From positions 682,001-746,000 of the forward strand of contig AP026135.1 of the NCBI GenBank assembly GCA_030295235.1: a DNA stretch of 64,000 nt, in the 5' to 3' direction. This document shows, piece after piece, positions 12,549-24,246 of this stretch. Made by a program: the position numbers and the translations under genes. The stretch's first letter is position 1, and each line of letters opens with the position of its first letter. Below the pieces are notes generated by a model, which searched no databases, was not told where the DNA came from, and worked only from the letters and a program-made list of their open reading frames with translations. Source of the stretch: Fistulifera solaris. Taxonomy: Eukaryota.

Positions 12549-13048
12549 CTTAGAATGAGCCTGCTTGCTATGGTTGACTTAAACCGCCGTCGCAACAATG
12601 GATCGGATGTGTTTTCTTGTCCTTCATTCGTTTGTGACGATCGCGCTATTTGCCATCAAATAATCATTCATCGATCGCTAAGAAATTCAAATCACGCCTG
12701 TCATTCTTTTCCTAGACCGCGTCCTATTCAACGGCTAGAAGTTGGTCATCTACTATGGCAATAGAGTAGGCTAGTTTTCCGGGTCAAATCTGTATTTAGG
12801 AAAGAATTTCCGTTGCAGATCGGAAGCCAATTGTTGTACAAATCAAGTACCAGTACGAATTTCATCGTGCCACGTGGAATGCTATTGCAACAAATAATGG
12901 GGCACACTAATCAATACAACACGCAAGCTCTGATCGTCCTTGTACCTGGTAGTTGTTTAAATAAATATCATCTCTTGCAAAACGCCGTGGATTCGTTGCT
13001 CATTTAGAAAAGAGCCTGATTTATTACTGAGGAGTTTGCATTCACAAC

Positions 13049-13710
13049 ATGCGGACCCGTCTATTATTTCTGTTACTACTGTCAATTTTCACGTCCTTCG
13101 GCGTGGCCCGACCGGTCGTACGTAACATTCAATCCGCTCATGAATTTGACCGCTTGCTGCAAAAACACGGAACAGAAACGGGTCTTCCCGTCGTCGTGGA
13201 CTTTTACTCCGATTCGTGTGGTCCTTGTCGCATGATGGCACCCATATTCAAGAAAGTCGCCGCCGATTACGTCGATCGAGCCGTCTTTGTCAAAGTCGAT
13301 ACGAACGCCCAGTACGAACTGTCCGGTCGCTACCAAATACGCTCGCTTCCTACTTTTCAGTGGTTCATTGCTGGGAAACAAGTACAAACCGAAGTTGGTG
13401 GGATCGGTGAGCAAGGACTCCGTCATCACACCGATGGGATTCTACGTCGCGCGGAAATTGAAAATGTGGTCATTACATTGGAAGCACTGGAAGAGTTTTA
13501 TCAAAAGCGGATCCTACGAAAACAGATGTTTCGTCGGTATTGAAAAAATGTGCCGATATGACCAAAGCCAAAGGATTGTGTGCGGGGAGTGCCGCGAATC
13601 AATTGGCACGGAAATTGCGCAAAAAGTACGGCAGCATGCCCAAAATGATTCCTCGATTCAGTGGCGAACCACCAAAACCAGAAACAACCGAAGAACAGCA
13701 CACCAAAAGC

Positions 13711-13761
<51 letters not shown>

Positions 13762-15061
13762 TCGCCCAAAACGGCCAATTTACATTTGGCGACACTGGAA
13801 GAACTGCAAGCCGAACTGGAAAAACGACAAGATCAATTGCGAGACGAAATGGTTGAAGCGGAGGATGCCAACGAAGATGAAGCGGATCCCGATTTCACTC
13901 CATGGACTCCCAAAAGCTATCCCGAGCGTGTCGTGATTATTGGAGGAGGCCCCGCGGGTTTGGCGGCGGCGTTGTACAGTGCTCGAGCGGGACTCGATCC
14001 TCTCGTCATTGCTCCCATTCTGGGTGGGGGGTCAGTTGCAAGGAAAGGGTGTCGTTGTCGAGAATTATCCTGGCTTGATTGGGGAAAGCACGACCGGACC
14101 CGAAATTGTGTCGAAAATGCGGAAACAAGCGGCTCATTTTGGTGCTTTCTTTGAGGACGATATTGTGGTTGCGGTGGACGCGTCGCAACGGCCGTTCAAA
14201 GTGCAGACGAATGCAACAGGCACCATTGAAACGCATACCATCATTGTGGCCACTGGAGCCGAGTCTAATTGGTTAGGTATTCCAGGTGAATGGGAATTGC
14301 GTGGAGGAGGTGTTTCGAGTTGTGCTACTTGCGACGGCTTTTTGTACAGTAACCGCCATGTTGTCGTGGTGGGAGGAGGAGATGCCGCCATGGAAGATGC
14401 ACTAGTTCTAGCGCGAACGAGCAAAGCTGTCACAGTAGTTCATCGTCGCGATCGTTTCCGAGCATCCAAAGTACTGGCGGACCGAGTACTGAGCCATCCT
14501 GCCATTACGGTCCGGTGGAATACGGTGTTACAAGAGATTGTCGGCAAAGAGCTACCAACTGAAGACAAGTCAGAAAGTGACGTAGATCTTGATCAAATTC
14601 CTAAGGTAGTGACCGGTGTTGTTCTTCAGAATACAGAAAGTGGCAAGACAGAGGAACTTGCATGCGATGCTGTCTTTGTTGCAATTGGACATACTCCTAT
14701 CACTGGTTTCCTCAAAGATGTTGTTGAATTCGATCCTGCGTATCCGGGATACTTAGCAACAGTTGGTACCAGCACACAAACCTCTGTCAAAGGAATTTTC
14801 GCCGCTGGTGACGTTGCGGATCCGACGTACCGACAGGCAATCACCAGTGCAGGTAGTGGAGCAGCTGCGGCACTGGATGCTGAGCGATACTTGTCCGAAA
14901 ATGGTTTGGGGAACGAAGCAGCTGAGCTTGAGGCGGCGCTTTTGGCAGAATTGATGAGCAACGACGATGTCACCAAATCAAGCTCATCCTACAACGTCTA
15001 CGAAGACGCTGGTGGACGCGTACACGGAGTTAAGGAACGCGTAACTGGGGGAGAGCTTTAG
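13049..15061 (+). CDS. Signal peptide + thioredoxin + linker + NADPH thioredoxin reductase fusion; frameshifts near 13505 and 14025
   Basis: MRTRLLFLLLLSIFTSFGVA; DFYSDSCGPC; IIGGGPAG, GGQL, ENYPG, SSCATCDG, VGGGDAAMEDA, HRRDRFRAS, FAAGDV..YRQAITSAGSG; ends GGEL. Both breaks lie in A or G runs. Confidence 0.88.
13711..13761 (+). repeat. (AGT)n microsatellite encoding poly-Ser
   Basis: About 17 perfect AGT units in the fusion-protein linker. Confidence 0.95.
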
Positions 15062-15158
15062 CGTCTTGCCGAGTTCATCATGGCTCGATAAATTTTATAG
15101 AATATTCTTTTGATTGAGAGTGCTTTGTCCAAAAGTGTTTAGGGATAAATTTAGTCTA

Positions 15159-16617
15159 TCAAAAGTAGGAACGGCAAAATGGTAACATTGATCGGATGTG
15201 CCATGGTGCTTTTCGCATTTCCTCCTTTTCGGGTGGCTGTACGAACGACTCGAATCTGTTCCATTCGTCTGTAAACGCGGCTTTGACATCCATTGAGTCA
15301 TCACTTGCAGGATTGTACACCAGAAACATGTTGCTTTCCACGTCTTTATAGGTAGATCGTCCGCCGTAATTCCCTGAACCATGCACAGTAGCCATTAACG
15401 TAGATGCATCTGATATGGAAAATCGTTTATATGTTTCTCCTCTTGTTAACCAAACTCCTTTCGCATGATACGTCCATCCTTCACGCTGATAAAACCAAAT
15501 AGACGAGTGCCACGCCGACCGCTGTGCTAGCTGAGCATATACAGTTGGTATCCATTCGCGACCTTTGTTCCCCGCCTTCTTCTTTGGCTTGGAAACCATG
15601 AGATATCCTACCCGCTGTCAGCAAATGACTCTTCCCCAAAACCCGGCGCAATCCATTTGTGAGGTTTAAATAAGCTGAGCTCATTCGCAGAGTCACATCA
15701 TCAGGATAAAGACGATGTACAACAGATAGAAAGCTTTGCAGCACGTCGACATCCAGCGGCATGTATTCCTTGTGTGACAAACCTTTGCACAAGTGGCGAG
15801 GTGCCTGAAAGGTGGGCACAGCAAACGCTAGGGCGTTCGAACCCGATGGCTCCCCTAATGGAATCCCGGGATCGCTATTTTGTGGAACTGTGAAGAGCGT
15901 CGAAAGAGAATGTATCATTTCCTTCCGAGATGCTGAAGAAGGTGCAGCAAGCGAGTTTCGGCTTCCCGGGTCGTATGAATAACTGTGCTGAGACAGAATT
16001 TTGAAGACGTCAGCATAAAACTCAACCAAGCCATTTCCACCATTCTGTATACATAGATAGCGATCTATACGGTCCGAAAAGTACTCCTCGGATAGATTGG
16101 CACCTGATAGGATCATTTCATCATCAATAATGTAACATTTCATGTGAAACACGCCAGATACTTCGTCGTACGGGTTCTTAAGAATGGATTGGAGCCACTT
16201 TGGAAGCACTGAGAACAAAAATAGCTTCGATTGCGCGTTGTTAGTATTCATCGACCTATGACATGCCTCCGCGGAAGTTATAAATGTTGATGTAGGTGTA
16301 GGCACAGGACGTAGCGCTCTGCCCTTATCCAAGAGGATTCGCACGTCGGGACACTCCGTTGTTTTCAAAGCGTCCAATAGTTCTACTTCACGCTTATGCA
16401 GGGAAGGATCGGCAGCTGGACCGATATATAGCGTAGCTAGATGTACGCGGTGTTTAGCATTGAGAATCTTGTCACATAAATGACCATGAAACTCGGTCGG
16501 ACTAAAGCCAGTGCATTCTAGCCGGAAATGCTCTTTCTGCAGAGGAAAATAGCGCAGTAGAGATTTTGACTTCGTGAATGATCCTCGAGCGGCACTTAAA
16601 AGTTGCTTGTGGGACAT
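15159..16617 (-). CDS. PGS1: CDP-diacylglycerol--glycerol-3-phosphate 3-phosphatidyltransferase (PLD family); frameshift near 15591
   Basis: LATLYIG, FHMKCYIIDD..LSGANLS.EYF..RIDRY, SSAYLN, WTYHAKGVW, GSGNYGGRS. Confidence 0.88.
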
Positions 16618-17133
16618 CTTGCGCTATCTAATAAAGTCAAACGATCAGAATGAAAGCAAGTTTTCATGGTCAAGTTCTTGGGAGATCGAGAAAAGATTCA
16701 TCTGTCGTCGAATTCGAAGGTTGGAGAAAAAGTCGTTCGAAAACACTCACGGCTGAAGACAGACGAGACGATCCGCGAAAACGCGGCTCGCTTGGTTGTT
16801 TATGTCCTAAAGCTTATTTAGGACGAAAATGTCACAGACTTGCCTGCGCGCTGTGGGAAACCCTAACAAAAAATGCGCGAAGAATATGTAAAGGATATAT
16901 AAGTATACGTGCATCAATAACGTTAATTGCCTATGTGATTGTGCCATCACAAAAATCTGGTCACGAAATCTATCGCCAGAATGGAAAAAATGAAGTGACA
17001 AGAGCAATTCGGCAATCTATCAGCACAACACATTCCGTAACACACAAAGAGCGTATCTCTCAATTTCAAAAGCAGCCTTCGGTGGCGCTTCAACTCTTGA
17101 GACCAGGTTAGTCCTCTTAACGAACACAACAAC

Positions 17134-19550
17134 ATGAAACTGCACCAACCTTTTGTTATCTACTTCCTCGCCCAAGGCGCCTGCGGGTGGGAACTCCCCG
17201 AGTTTATGCAAGAGTATGCAGCTAACAAGCAGATCATGGAGCAGCAGCAGAAGGATCGGCGCGCCATGGTGAAACCAATCACATTGCTAGAATCATCGAA
17301 TGGACGCAGCTTGGCTGAGACTGAAGGACCGACGGAATCGCCTGCGCCTTCACCGTCCCCGTCGTGGCAACCGACTGTCACGCCGACTGAAACGTCTCCG
17401 CCGACCATCGATAACACACCCGAGCCTACAGAGTCACCGGCACCGTCTCCTAGTCCTAGTTGGATGCCAACCTTACAGCCCTCGGATAGTCCCAGCGAGA
17501 GTCCTTCGAACAGTCCGACACAAACTCCTTCTCAATTGCCATCACTGGCACCAACAATCACTCCTATGCCTACAGGGCAGCCATCTGCAGCTCCTTCAGA
17601 CGTGCCTCTTCCGTGCCTTCGGCACTGCCGACAATGATGCCGTCGATATCGGCACACCCGAGCGCAATGCCATCAGATCTTCCATCCAGTCAACCATCAC
17701 CAGCGCCCTCAATTTCGTTAGCCCCATCTTCTAATCCGAGTGAGACACCAACCATGTTTCCAAGTGCTGTACCTTCGATGGCGCCAAGCGCTCAACCGTC
17801 TGGAGCTCCTTCGCTCAGTGAACAGCCTTCAACCATGCCCACGATGGTCAGAATTGAGGGGGATTCGTTCGTTGTTGCGCTTCCTTTCGAAAGTCCTCTG
17901 AATGATACACAAGTGGCCGCGTTCGAGAGAGGGACTATGAAGTGGCTCGAACAAAACGGTGTTTCTTCTGGCTCGACAACGAATGTTGCGGTTACTGTAA
18001 CTGACCAAGTGGTCGTTTTGACATACGTACCGCCATCTCGACGACGTGATTTACAAACTGTTTCAGTCCCAGCACTTACCTTAAAGGATTTGGAGGTGAC
18101 TTTCACTGTGAACGTAACTTATTATGGCACAGATCCGGCGTTCAATCTAAAAGCCGAATTGGACCCAGAGTTTCGAGGCAAGAACACTCTGTGGGTGCGC
18201 GAGCTTATCAACGCTGATTCCAGTTTCATTCAGCTAGATCCTGTCGTTATTAGTATTCAGGATATGGATAATGAGAAAAAGCGAACCAAAGCTTCCGACG
18301 GAATGGGGGCCGCTTCTGCAGCGATTATTTCGGTTGTTGCTATCGGAGCAGCTATTCTGGGTATCGTGGCATCGGTGTATTCCATCCGCAGTTATCGAAC
18401 ATCGGTCTACGGCGAAGAGCTCCACAGTCCAACATCTCAGGATAATAGCTTCTTTGGCGATCAAGGTATGGCGGATATGAATATGACAAGGACGTTTGAC
18501 AACGAGGCAGCTTATGAAGAGCCTGCGGCCAAGAAATTTTGCCTTGAGCCCGACGAGGAGCAATCCTGTATGAGCATGCCCCATCCTCTCAGCCCTAACA
18601 CACTTGAAAAGGGTTGTAACCCAGGCAAGCCTATATTAGACGGTATTGTCTTTCGACAGACGGATTCAAGTGCGAATGCCATGGACCCTCCATCTGCTGC
18701 CTCGGAAGCGGGCGCACCTTCTCAACCTGGCGAACAGCGACTTTATCTTGCAAAAGATACAGCAACCCGTATTGGCAAAGTACGTCGTCGTTCGACTCCA
18801 AAGAATGCCGAAGAGGAAGATCGGGCAAAATATCGCCAGAAAGCTATTTTCGACGAGGTACGTTTAACATTTGACACTCCCGGAAACTCGTCTTTGAATA
18901 CATCAAATCTTACGACCCGTTTTTTTGCTATGTACAGATGAATACACCATCTGAGATGTCATCTCACTTTGCACGAGAGAAACAAGCAACATACGGCCGA
19001 GATTCTGTCGAAAGTGAGTTAGCGGAAAAGCTGCGCTCGACCAAGATTACCAACGAGGGAGCGTATCCTGTCAGTTACTCGTCTCCTCAAGCCCAGTCCG
19101 ATTGGAGTTCACAAGCCAACTCGTTCTTTGCTAACATTATTGGACGTAAGAGTAACAACGGACAAAGAAAAGATTCAATTACCAGCAATGCCAGATCGCG
19201 TCAAGCTTTACCTAAGCAAGCTTCCGTACAACCAGCCAACGGTGAAGCTCGAAGAAAGGATCGCACTTCGTTTGAATCATTTGCCCGTCGTTCCGGTGGT
19301 GTATACGATGTCTTTGCCCCGGCTGGACCTATTGGTATTGTCGTCGACACCACCAAAGACGGACCCGCGGTTCATTCGCTCAAATCTACTTCTCCAATGT
19401 TGGGTTTGATCAATCCTGGAGATTTAATAGTAGGATTGGATGATATGGATACTCGAGCCATGACGGCTGCCTCCTTGACGCGACTAATGGCGCAAAAAAG
19501 CAAACCAGAAAGAACGAAAAATTACTCTTTTGGCGGGTGACAATTACTAA
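17134..19550 (+). CDS. Type I membrane protein: signal peptide, Pro/Ser/Thr repeats, RRRDLQ module, TM, cytoplasmic PDZ domain; intron 18858-18937; frameshifts near 17605 and 19495
   Basis: PTESPAPSPSPS repeats; TM AAIISVVAIGAAILGIVASVY; APAGPIGIVVDTTKDGPAVH..PGDLIVGLDDMDTRAM. Corrected tail AQKANQKERKITLL ends at TAA 19550, matching the paralog at 57067. Confidence 0.8.
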
Positions 19551-19648
19551 GTCAGCGTTTATATACATACATATAAGTATAATGAGAGTGTTTCGTCGTA
19601 ATAGCCCGTGTACGAAGAACGATCATCTGGATATAAATGTATCTGCTG

Positions 19649-20125
19649 CTATCGTCTCCACCAAGGAGTCATGCTCTTGAGAATCGCCCCCGCTTGCTGT
19701 GTCATTTCGGAAAGATCATTGGTTTTGTTGTGTGATGATTGTAATGTAGTTCGATTTCGCGCCAGTTCTTCTTGTATGCCTAAACTGATTTCTTCGGTTT
19801 CCATCATGGTACGTCTCGCTCGTTCCAAAGTTTCATTCTGTTTGGTTAGTTGATCCTCATTCGACTTGAATAATGAATCCGCATTTGAAGACGATGACAA
19901 GAGAAATGATCGCTGTTGTTTGGATGCCATAGCCGCGACGTTCTGTTTGTACTGAAGCGTTCGTTCCAAATATTCTTCCTTTTCTGCCATACATCGGGCT
20001 TCGGTACTCATTTGTTGTAATATCTGCTGCAATTCTTTGTAAACTTCGTCGGAAGGCAATCGAGCATAGACGGAAAGGAGACGTTGGTATTCTTGATAAT
20101 ACAAATGATAAGTCTCCTTACTCAT
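19649..20125 (-). CDS. Vti1-like Qb-SNARE without C-terminal TM helix
   Basis: LERARRTMMETEEISLGIQEELARNRTTL..L..AGAILKSM matches the Vti1 SNARE-motif pattern; helical N-terminal domain. Confidence 0.7.
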   Translation of the reverse strand: MSKETYHLYYQEYQRLLSVYARLPSDEVYKELQQILQQMSTEARCMAEKEEYLERTLQYKQNVAAMASKQQRSFLLSSSSNADSLFKSNEDQLTKQNETLERARRTMMETEEISLGIQEELARNRTTLQSSHNKTNDLSEMTQQAGAILKSMTPWWRR

Positions 20126-20729
20126 TGCTGATTGATACGACGTTTCTAGACGAAGAAATCAACTTCCACTACTATAATTACGATGAATTCTCTCGTATTT
20201 GGTACCATTCGACTTGTACCATTAAGCTTCTTATTATCCAACAAATATAGACAAATTCTCGCTCCAGCAATTCTATCAAATTGGTGGGTGCCTCGTGATT
20301 GAAACGCAGTCTTGGTTTCGTTGACAGCATTTTGACATTTCTGCAAAAAAAAAAAAAATGCGATGCTGAAGATGATAAAAATAAAAATAATACATGCTGC
20401 TATTTGCAAAACGGAGTGAGCATAGACGTTATATTCCGGTGGATAAATTAACCCTCTATTAGTTTTCACAAAGGGCGTGGTAGGAATAATGACAGCGTGG
20501 CGACCGCGACGATGACACTCGGACGGGATGGGGGCTCTTTCACACTTGGACCAAGAACCAAAGCAAAAACGATTCAGAAACAAATGCGTCCTGCTTCTCT
20601 CTGATAATTATATCGTTGTCATCGCTTCTGTATGTCGTGTGAAGAGACTGGCCCGATTTTCTTCTTCCGCAAGATACAAACAGGCCGATTAGTGTGTCGC
20701 ATGTTTCCCCGACGTCCCCCTCTTGAGCA

Positions 20730-21226
20730 TCGCTATACAAACGATGTCATTCGCGGTGATGATATTCAAAATACGGTCAACCGAGATATAGAGCGATTTC
20801 TGGGCACTGGAGATTTCGCAGTCGTCCGATGGGATTTTCTTCAAAATGGACGACGATTTCCTGTCAAAGAATACCCACACGATCCGAAAAGTTTCGCAGT
20901 TGTACATAACAGATTCGGTTGTAAATGGAATGAAAACCTGCGAGCAATTTCGAAGGAATGTTCAGCAGACTCAAAAGGAAGCCACTGATTCTGAACGCGC
21001 CCTTTCGACAGTCCGCGTAGTTCAATACGGGGACCAACGCCATGGCCGCTTCTTTGGCTAGAAATTTGCAGCAAAACTATCCGCTGGGGGATGAAGAGAC
21101 TCTCAACTTTACAAAAATCGATGAACTGCTTTCGTGTTCCTTGGGACATGCGTGTGTCGCCCCGGTTTCGTGCTGACCTTCGCCTGGAGCTGCCGGTGGT
21201 CATGGTACGCGACCCTTTCGGTTAAA
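20730..21226 (+). pseudogene. Degenerate partial paralog of the sulfotransferase-like gene at 49355-50740
   Basis: DVIRGDDIQ..V.RDI.RF, GM.TCEQFR.NV.Q, FNTGTNAMA.SLARNLQQNY, VPW, LPVVMVRDP appear in order but in shifting frames with deletions and an early stop. Confidence 0.8.
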
Positions 21227-21447
21227 CGCAAAGCATGGTAGGTCGAATTGTGGTTGTGTGGTGTATCTATGGTTGTAACATCATTACGATTCAACAGAAT
21301 AATCTATAGTCTCTCCTTCCGTACGTTGCGTTTCTGTGAGAAGATCAGCTCAAGATAGTCTAAAAGCTACAGGGTTACTCGTCTGTCTACGTATTCCGCA
21401 AATCTAAATTTGTGTCTCTAAATGCTAACCCGATCATAGAATCGTAT

Positions 21448-22623
21448 TCAATACTTTTCTTGAAAGAGTCGGACCCAGTTATCAATAGAATCGTGCAACG
21501 CGTTTCGCAAACCACCGCGGTATACATTATCTTCCACGAGAGACGTTCGAGTCCCTGTCGAAACTGTAAAGCCCGTAGCATCGTACGGTTCACCCACCAT
21601 ACAAGTGCCATCAACGTCCGGGAATTCGAGCTTGCCCGTGCAATCCATAAAGGACCAGTGTACTACGATTGACCATTCATAGATGAGTCGTTTCTTTCCA
21701 CGGACGGTGGCCACACTAGCGTGTCCGGAGACAGTGGCGCTTGTGACCGTTGCCAGACCCTCCGCGTGCTGGAAGGTGGTAGCTTGTAACGATTCCTGCA
21801 ACGATTCTTGACCCCATGCCGAGACATCTTTTTCTTCCCAAGTTCCTGCTTTGTTCCAAGCCGACTTTCCCGCTTCTTTTGTAGATGTTTCCTCGACGGG
21901 AACAGTTTCTAGTTTTTGTGGAGCAATGTCACCAATCAACTTCTTCGCATCTTCGGATAGTTCATTGTGAAAGTAGGATGTCTTCTTTCCGTTGACAATT
22001 TTGTATCCTTTGACGTGATCCGACTTTGTAAAATTACCTTCTTCGTCTACGTCGACCTCCATGGGCTCCGATGTCGACGATGCTGTACTAGAAACGTTGG
22101 AAGAGGATTTGGTATAGCTCGTTGTTGTTGTCGTCGTCTTTGTGACGGATTTCGTAGTCGTACTGGCTAACGGTTGAGGTGCCTCGGAAGCTTGTTTTCG
22201 CACCTTTTCCAGTTCTTTGATCAAAGCTTTGTTTGTAGGATCCAAAGAGAGTGCTTTTTGTAAAGTATCCACAGCATCTCCTCCTTTTCCTACCGATACT
22301 TGGGCCTGTCCTAATCGCCACCATCCTTTCACATAGGTCGCATCCAATTCCACCGCCGACTGCGCCGAATGCAAAGCATCCTCCCATCGATTCATTTTTC
22401 CTTGCGCCAGAGACAAATTGCTGTGCAAAATCGATTGCTGATTCGCGTCGGAAGTGCATCCCAGAGCTTTCTTGTAAAGAGCAATCGCATCGGGCCAAAC
22501 TTGCGCCTGGATCGCGCGTTTCGCTCGATCTTTGCATTCTTCGAGCAACCGCGCCTTGGCAGCCTCATCCTGGGGCTTGGCATCAAGAATATCTTGATGT
22601 GCGGAAGCAAAGGGTTGATTCAT
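21448..22623 (-). CDS. TPR-repeat + Aha1 N-terminal domain Hsp90 co-chaperone-like protein
   Basis: Three TPRs (DAIALYKKAL, LHSNLSLA, YVKGWWRLGQA); SAWNKAGTWEEKD and GHASVATVRGKKRLIYE as in Aha1_N; start MNQPF. Confidence 0.85.
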   Translation of the reverse strand: MNQPFASAHQDILDAKPQDEAAKARLLEECKDRAKRAIQAQVWPDAIALYKKALGCTSDANQQSILHSNLSLAQGKMNRWEDALHSAQSAVELDATYVKGWWRLGQAQVSVGKGGDAVDTLQKALSLDPTNKALIKELEKVRKQASEAPQPLASTTTKSVTKTTTTTTSYTKSSSNVSSTASSTSEPMEVDVDEEGNFTKSDHVKGYKIVNGKKTSYFHNELSEDAKKLIGDIAPQKLETVPVEETSTKEAGKSAWNKAGTWEEKDVSAWGQESLQESLQATTFQHAEGLATVTSATVSGHASVATVRGKKRLIYEWSIVVHWSFMDCTGKLEFPDVDGTCMVGEPYDATGFTVSTGTRTSLVEDNVYRGGLRNALHDSIDNWVRLFQEKY

Positions 22624-23147
22624 GGTAGTAATTTGTGTTACAAACAAGAAAACAACACGAAAGCGAAAAAAAAAGAAAAAATAAAATAAATGCGGGTGGC
22701 CGAAAAAAGGGTGCAAAAATGCCCGAGAAGCGAGGGTTCCACGTGTAAAAATTCTTGTGAGTCACGAAAGCGACACACGAATCATCTTTAATCACGAGGT
22801 GGACGACAACTCGAGAAATTCGTTTTGGGGGAAAAAAGCAGGTCGGAAGACTGAGAAAATTCAAAGAACAGAACGAGACCACCCCAAAATGACTCTCTCA
22901 GAACTGTGTGAGTTGAATTGTTCGCATTTGGATGCGTTCTTTCAAAGAAATAACCGCTATGTTTGGATGCGACGTCTTCGTATCTTCATAGCCAAGGGTT
23001 CACAAATCCGAATTACGGAACATCAAACAATGAAGAAAAACCTTCCCAAAGAGCTTTCAACTCTAGGGCCGGCAAATATTGACGTTTCGTTATGCAACGT
23101 TCACAATTTTGTGAATCATCTCTGTTGTTTTGAAAGCATCTTCCATC

Positions 23148-23735
23148 ATGTCGTTCGAACTCACCAATGAAACCATTTCCTTCTCGAATCTCATCGCCAA
23201 GATCGAACGAGTCAGCCAGCTTCAGAGTCTCTCCTTAGATTCGGTCACTTTGGAAGGCGATGACGATGATCTGCAGGTATTCACCAAATTCTTTCGAGGT
23301 CATTCGCACCTCGAATCGGCCCGTTTCCGGAATGTCCGTTTTGTGAGCGAAGGAATGGACCTCGAACTCATCTTGTCCATGATGCTTATTTCGACCGACA
23401 AACTGCGACTTTTGAGTGTGGATGGATGTCCCATCAAGCCCTCCGTCATTACTGCCATTACCTACAATTCGACCTTGGATACTATTCGCATGGTGAACTG
23501 CGGCTTGACCGACGAGAATGCCATGAAGCTTGTTGACTCGTTGGCCAAGGCCTCCAGAATCACATCCGTGGATGTGTCGGGCAATAAGTTTACGGATTTT
23601 GGATCGCATGCCTTCAGTCAGGGTCTCAAGCAGCGCACCCAGGTCACCAATGTTCAAATGGACGGAGTGACGAAAACCGGAGAAGGTTCTGCGATGAAAG
23701 GTTCGGCTCAGACGGTGTCGGCCAAGTCGGCCTAA
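23148..23735 (+). CDS. Small RNI-like leucine-rich-repeat protein
   Basis: LQSLSLDSV, LRLLSVDGC, LDTIRMVNCGLTDE, ITSVDVSGNKFTDFG. Confidence 0.75.
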   Translation: MSFELTNETISFSNLIAKIERVSQLQSLSLDSVTLEGDDDDLQVFTKFFRGHSHLESARFRNVRFVSEGMDLELILSMMLISTDKLRLLSVDGCPIKPSVITAITYNSTLDTIRMVNCGLTDENAMKLVDSLAKASRITSVDVSGNKFTDFGSHAFSQGLKQRTQVTNVQMDGVTKTGEGSAMKGSAQTVSAKSA

Positions 23736-24246
23736 ATAGTACTTGGAGCGGTTGGTATTGATAAATTTCATTTATGCATAGTTTTGATCTGTAGTTCCAA
23801 AATAAACAAAAACTAGAAGCCAGAACGGAGTACGATTTGTCGATTTCGGTGATCCGCGATTGGCAATCTGTGCTCATACAGGTAATAAGGTTTTGCTGCT
23901 ATTAGAATGGATCAATCGACAACCTAGTAGGGCTCTTACATAGATCGTTCTAGACTGATCGATGTTATGGTTGTTGATGAGTTCGTTGGAGTGAAATACG
24001 CGTCGCAACAAGTTCTGACAGGACGGTGCGGGAAATTGTGTACTTTCGCGTAGGCCCCCGTACCTGGTAGAGAAATGTACCAAGCAGAGGTGCGTTCCCG
24101 TGTCTCCCAGTCCATCGAATGTTTATCATATTCTAAAGTGTAAGAGAAACTATGGTCCGACTCAAGCAAATCCAGTCCCGGAAATCGCTGGCTGCTTTAT
24201 TTAATCAAACAAGAAAAAATATGTCAATTACAGAAATGTGTTAGTT

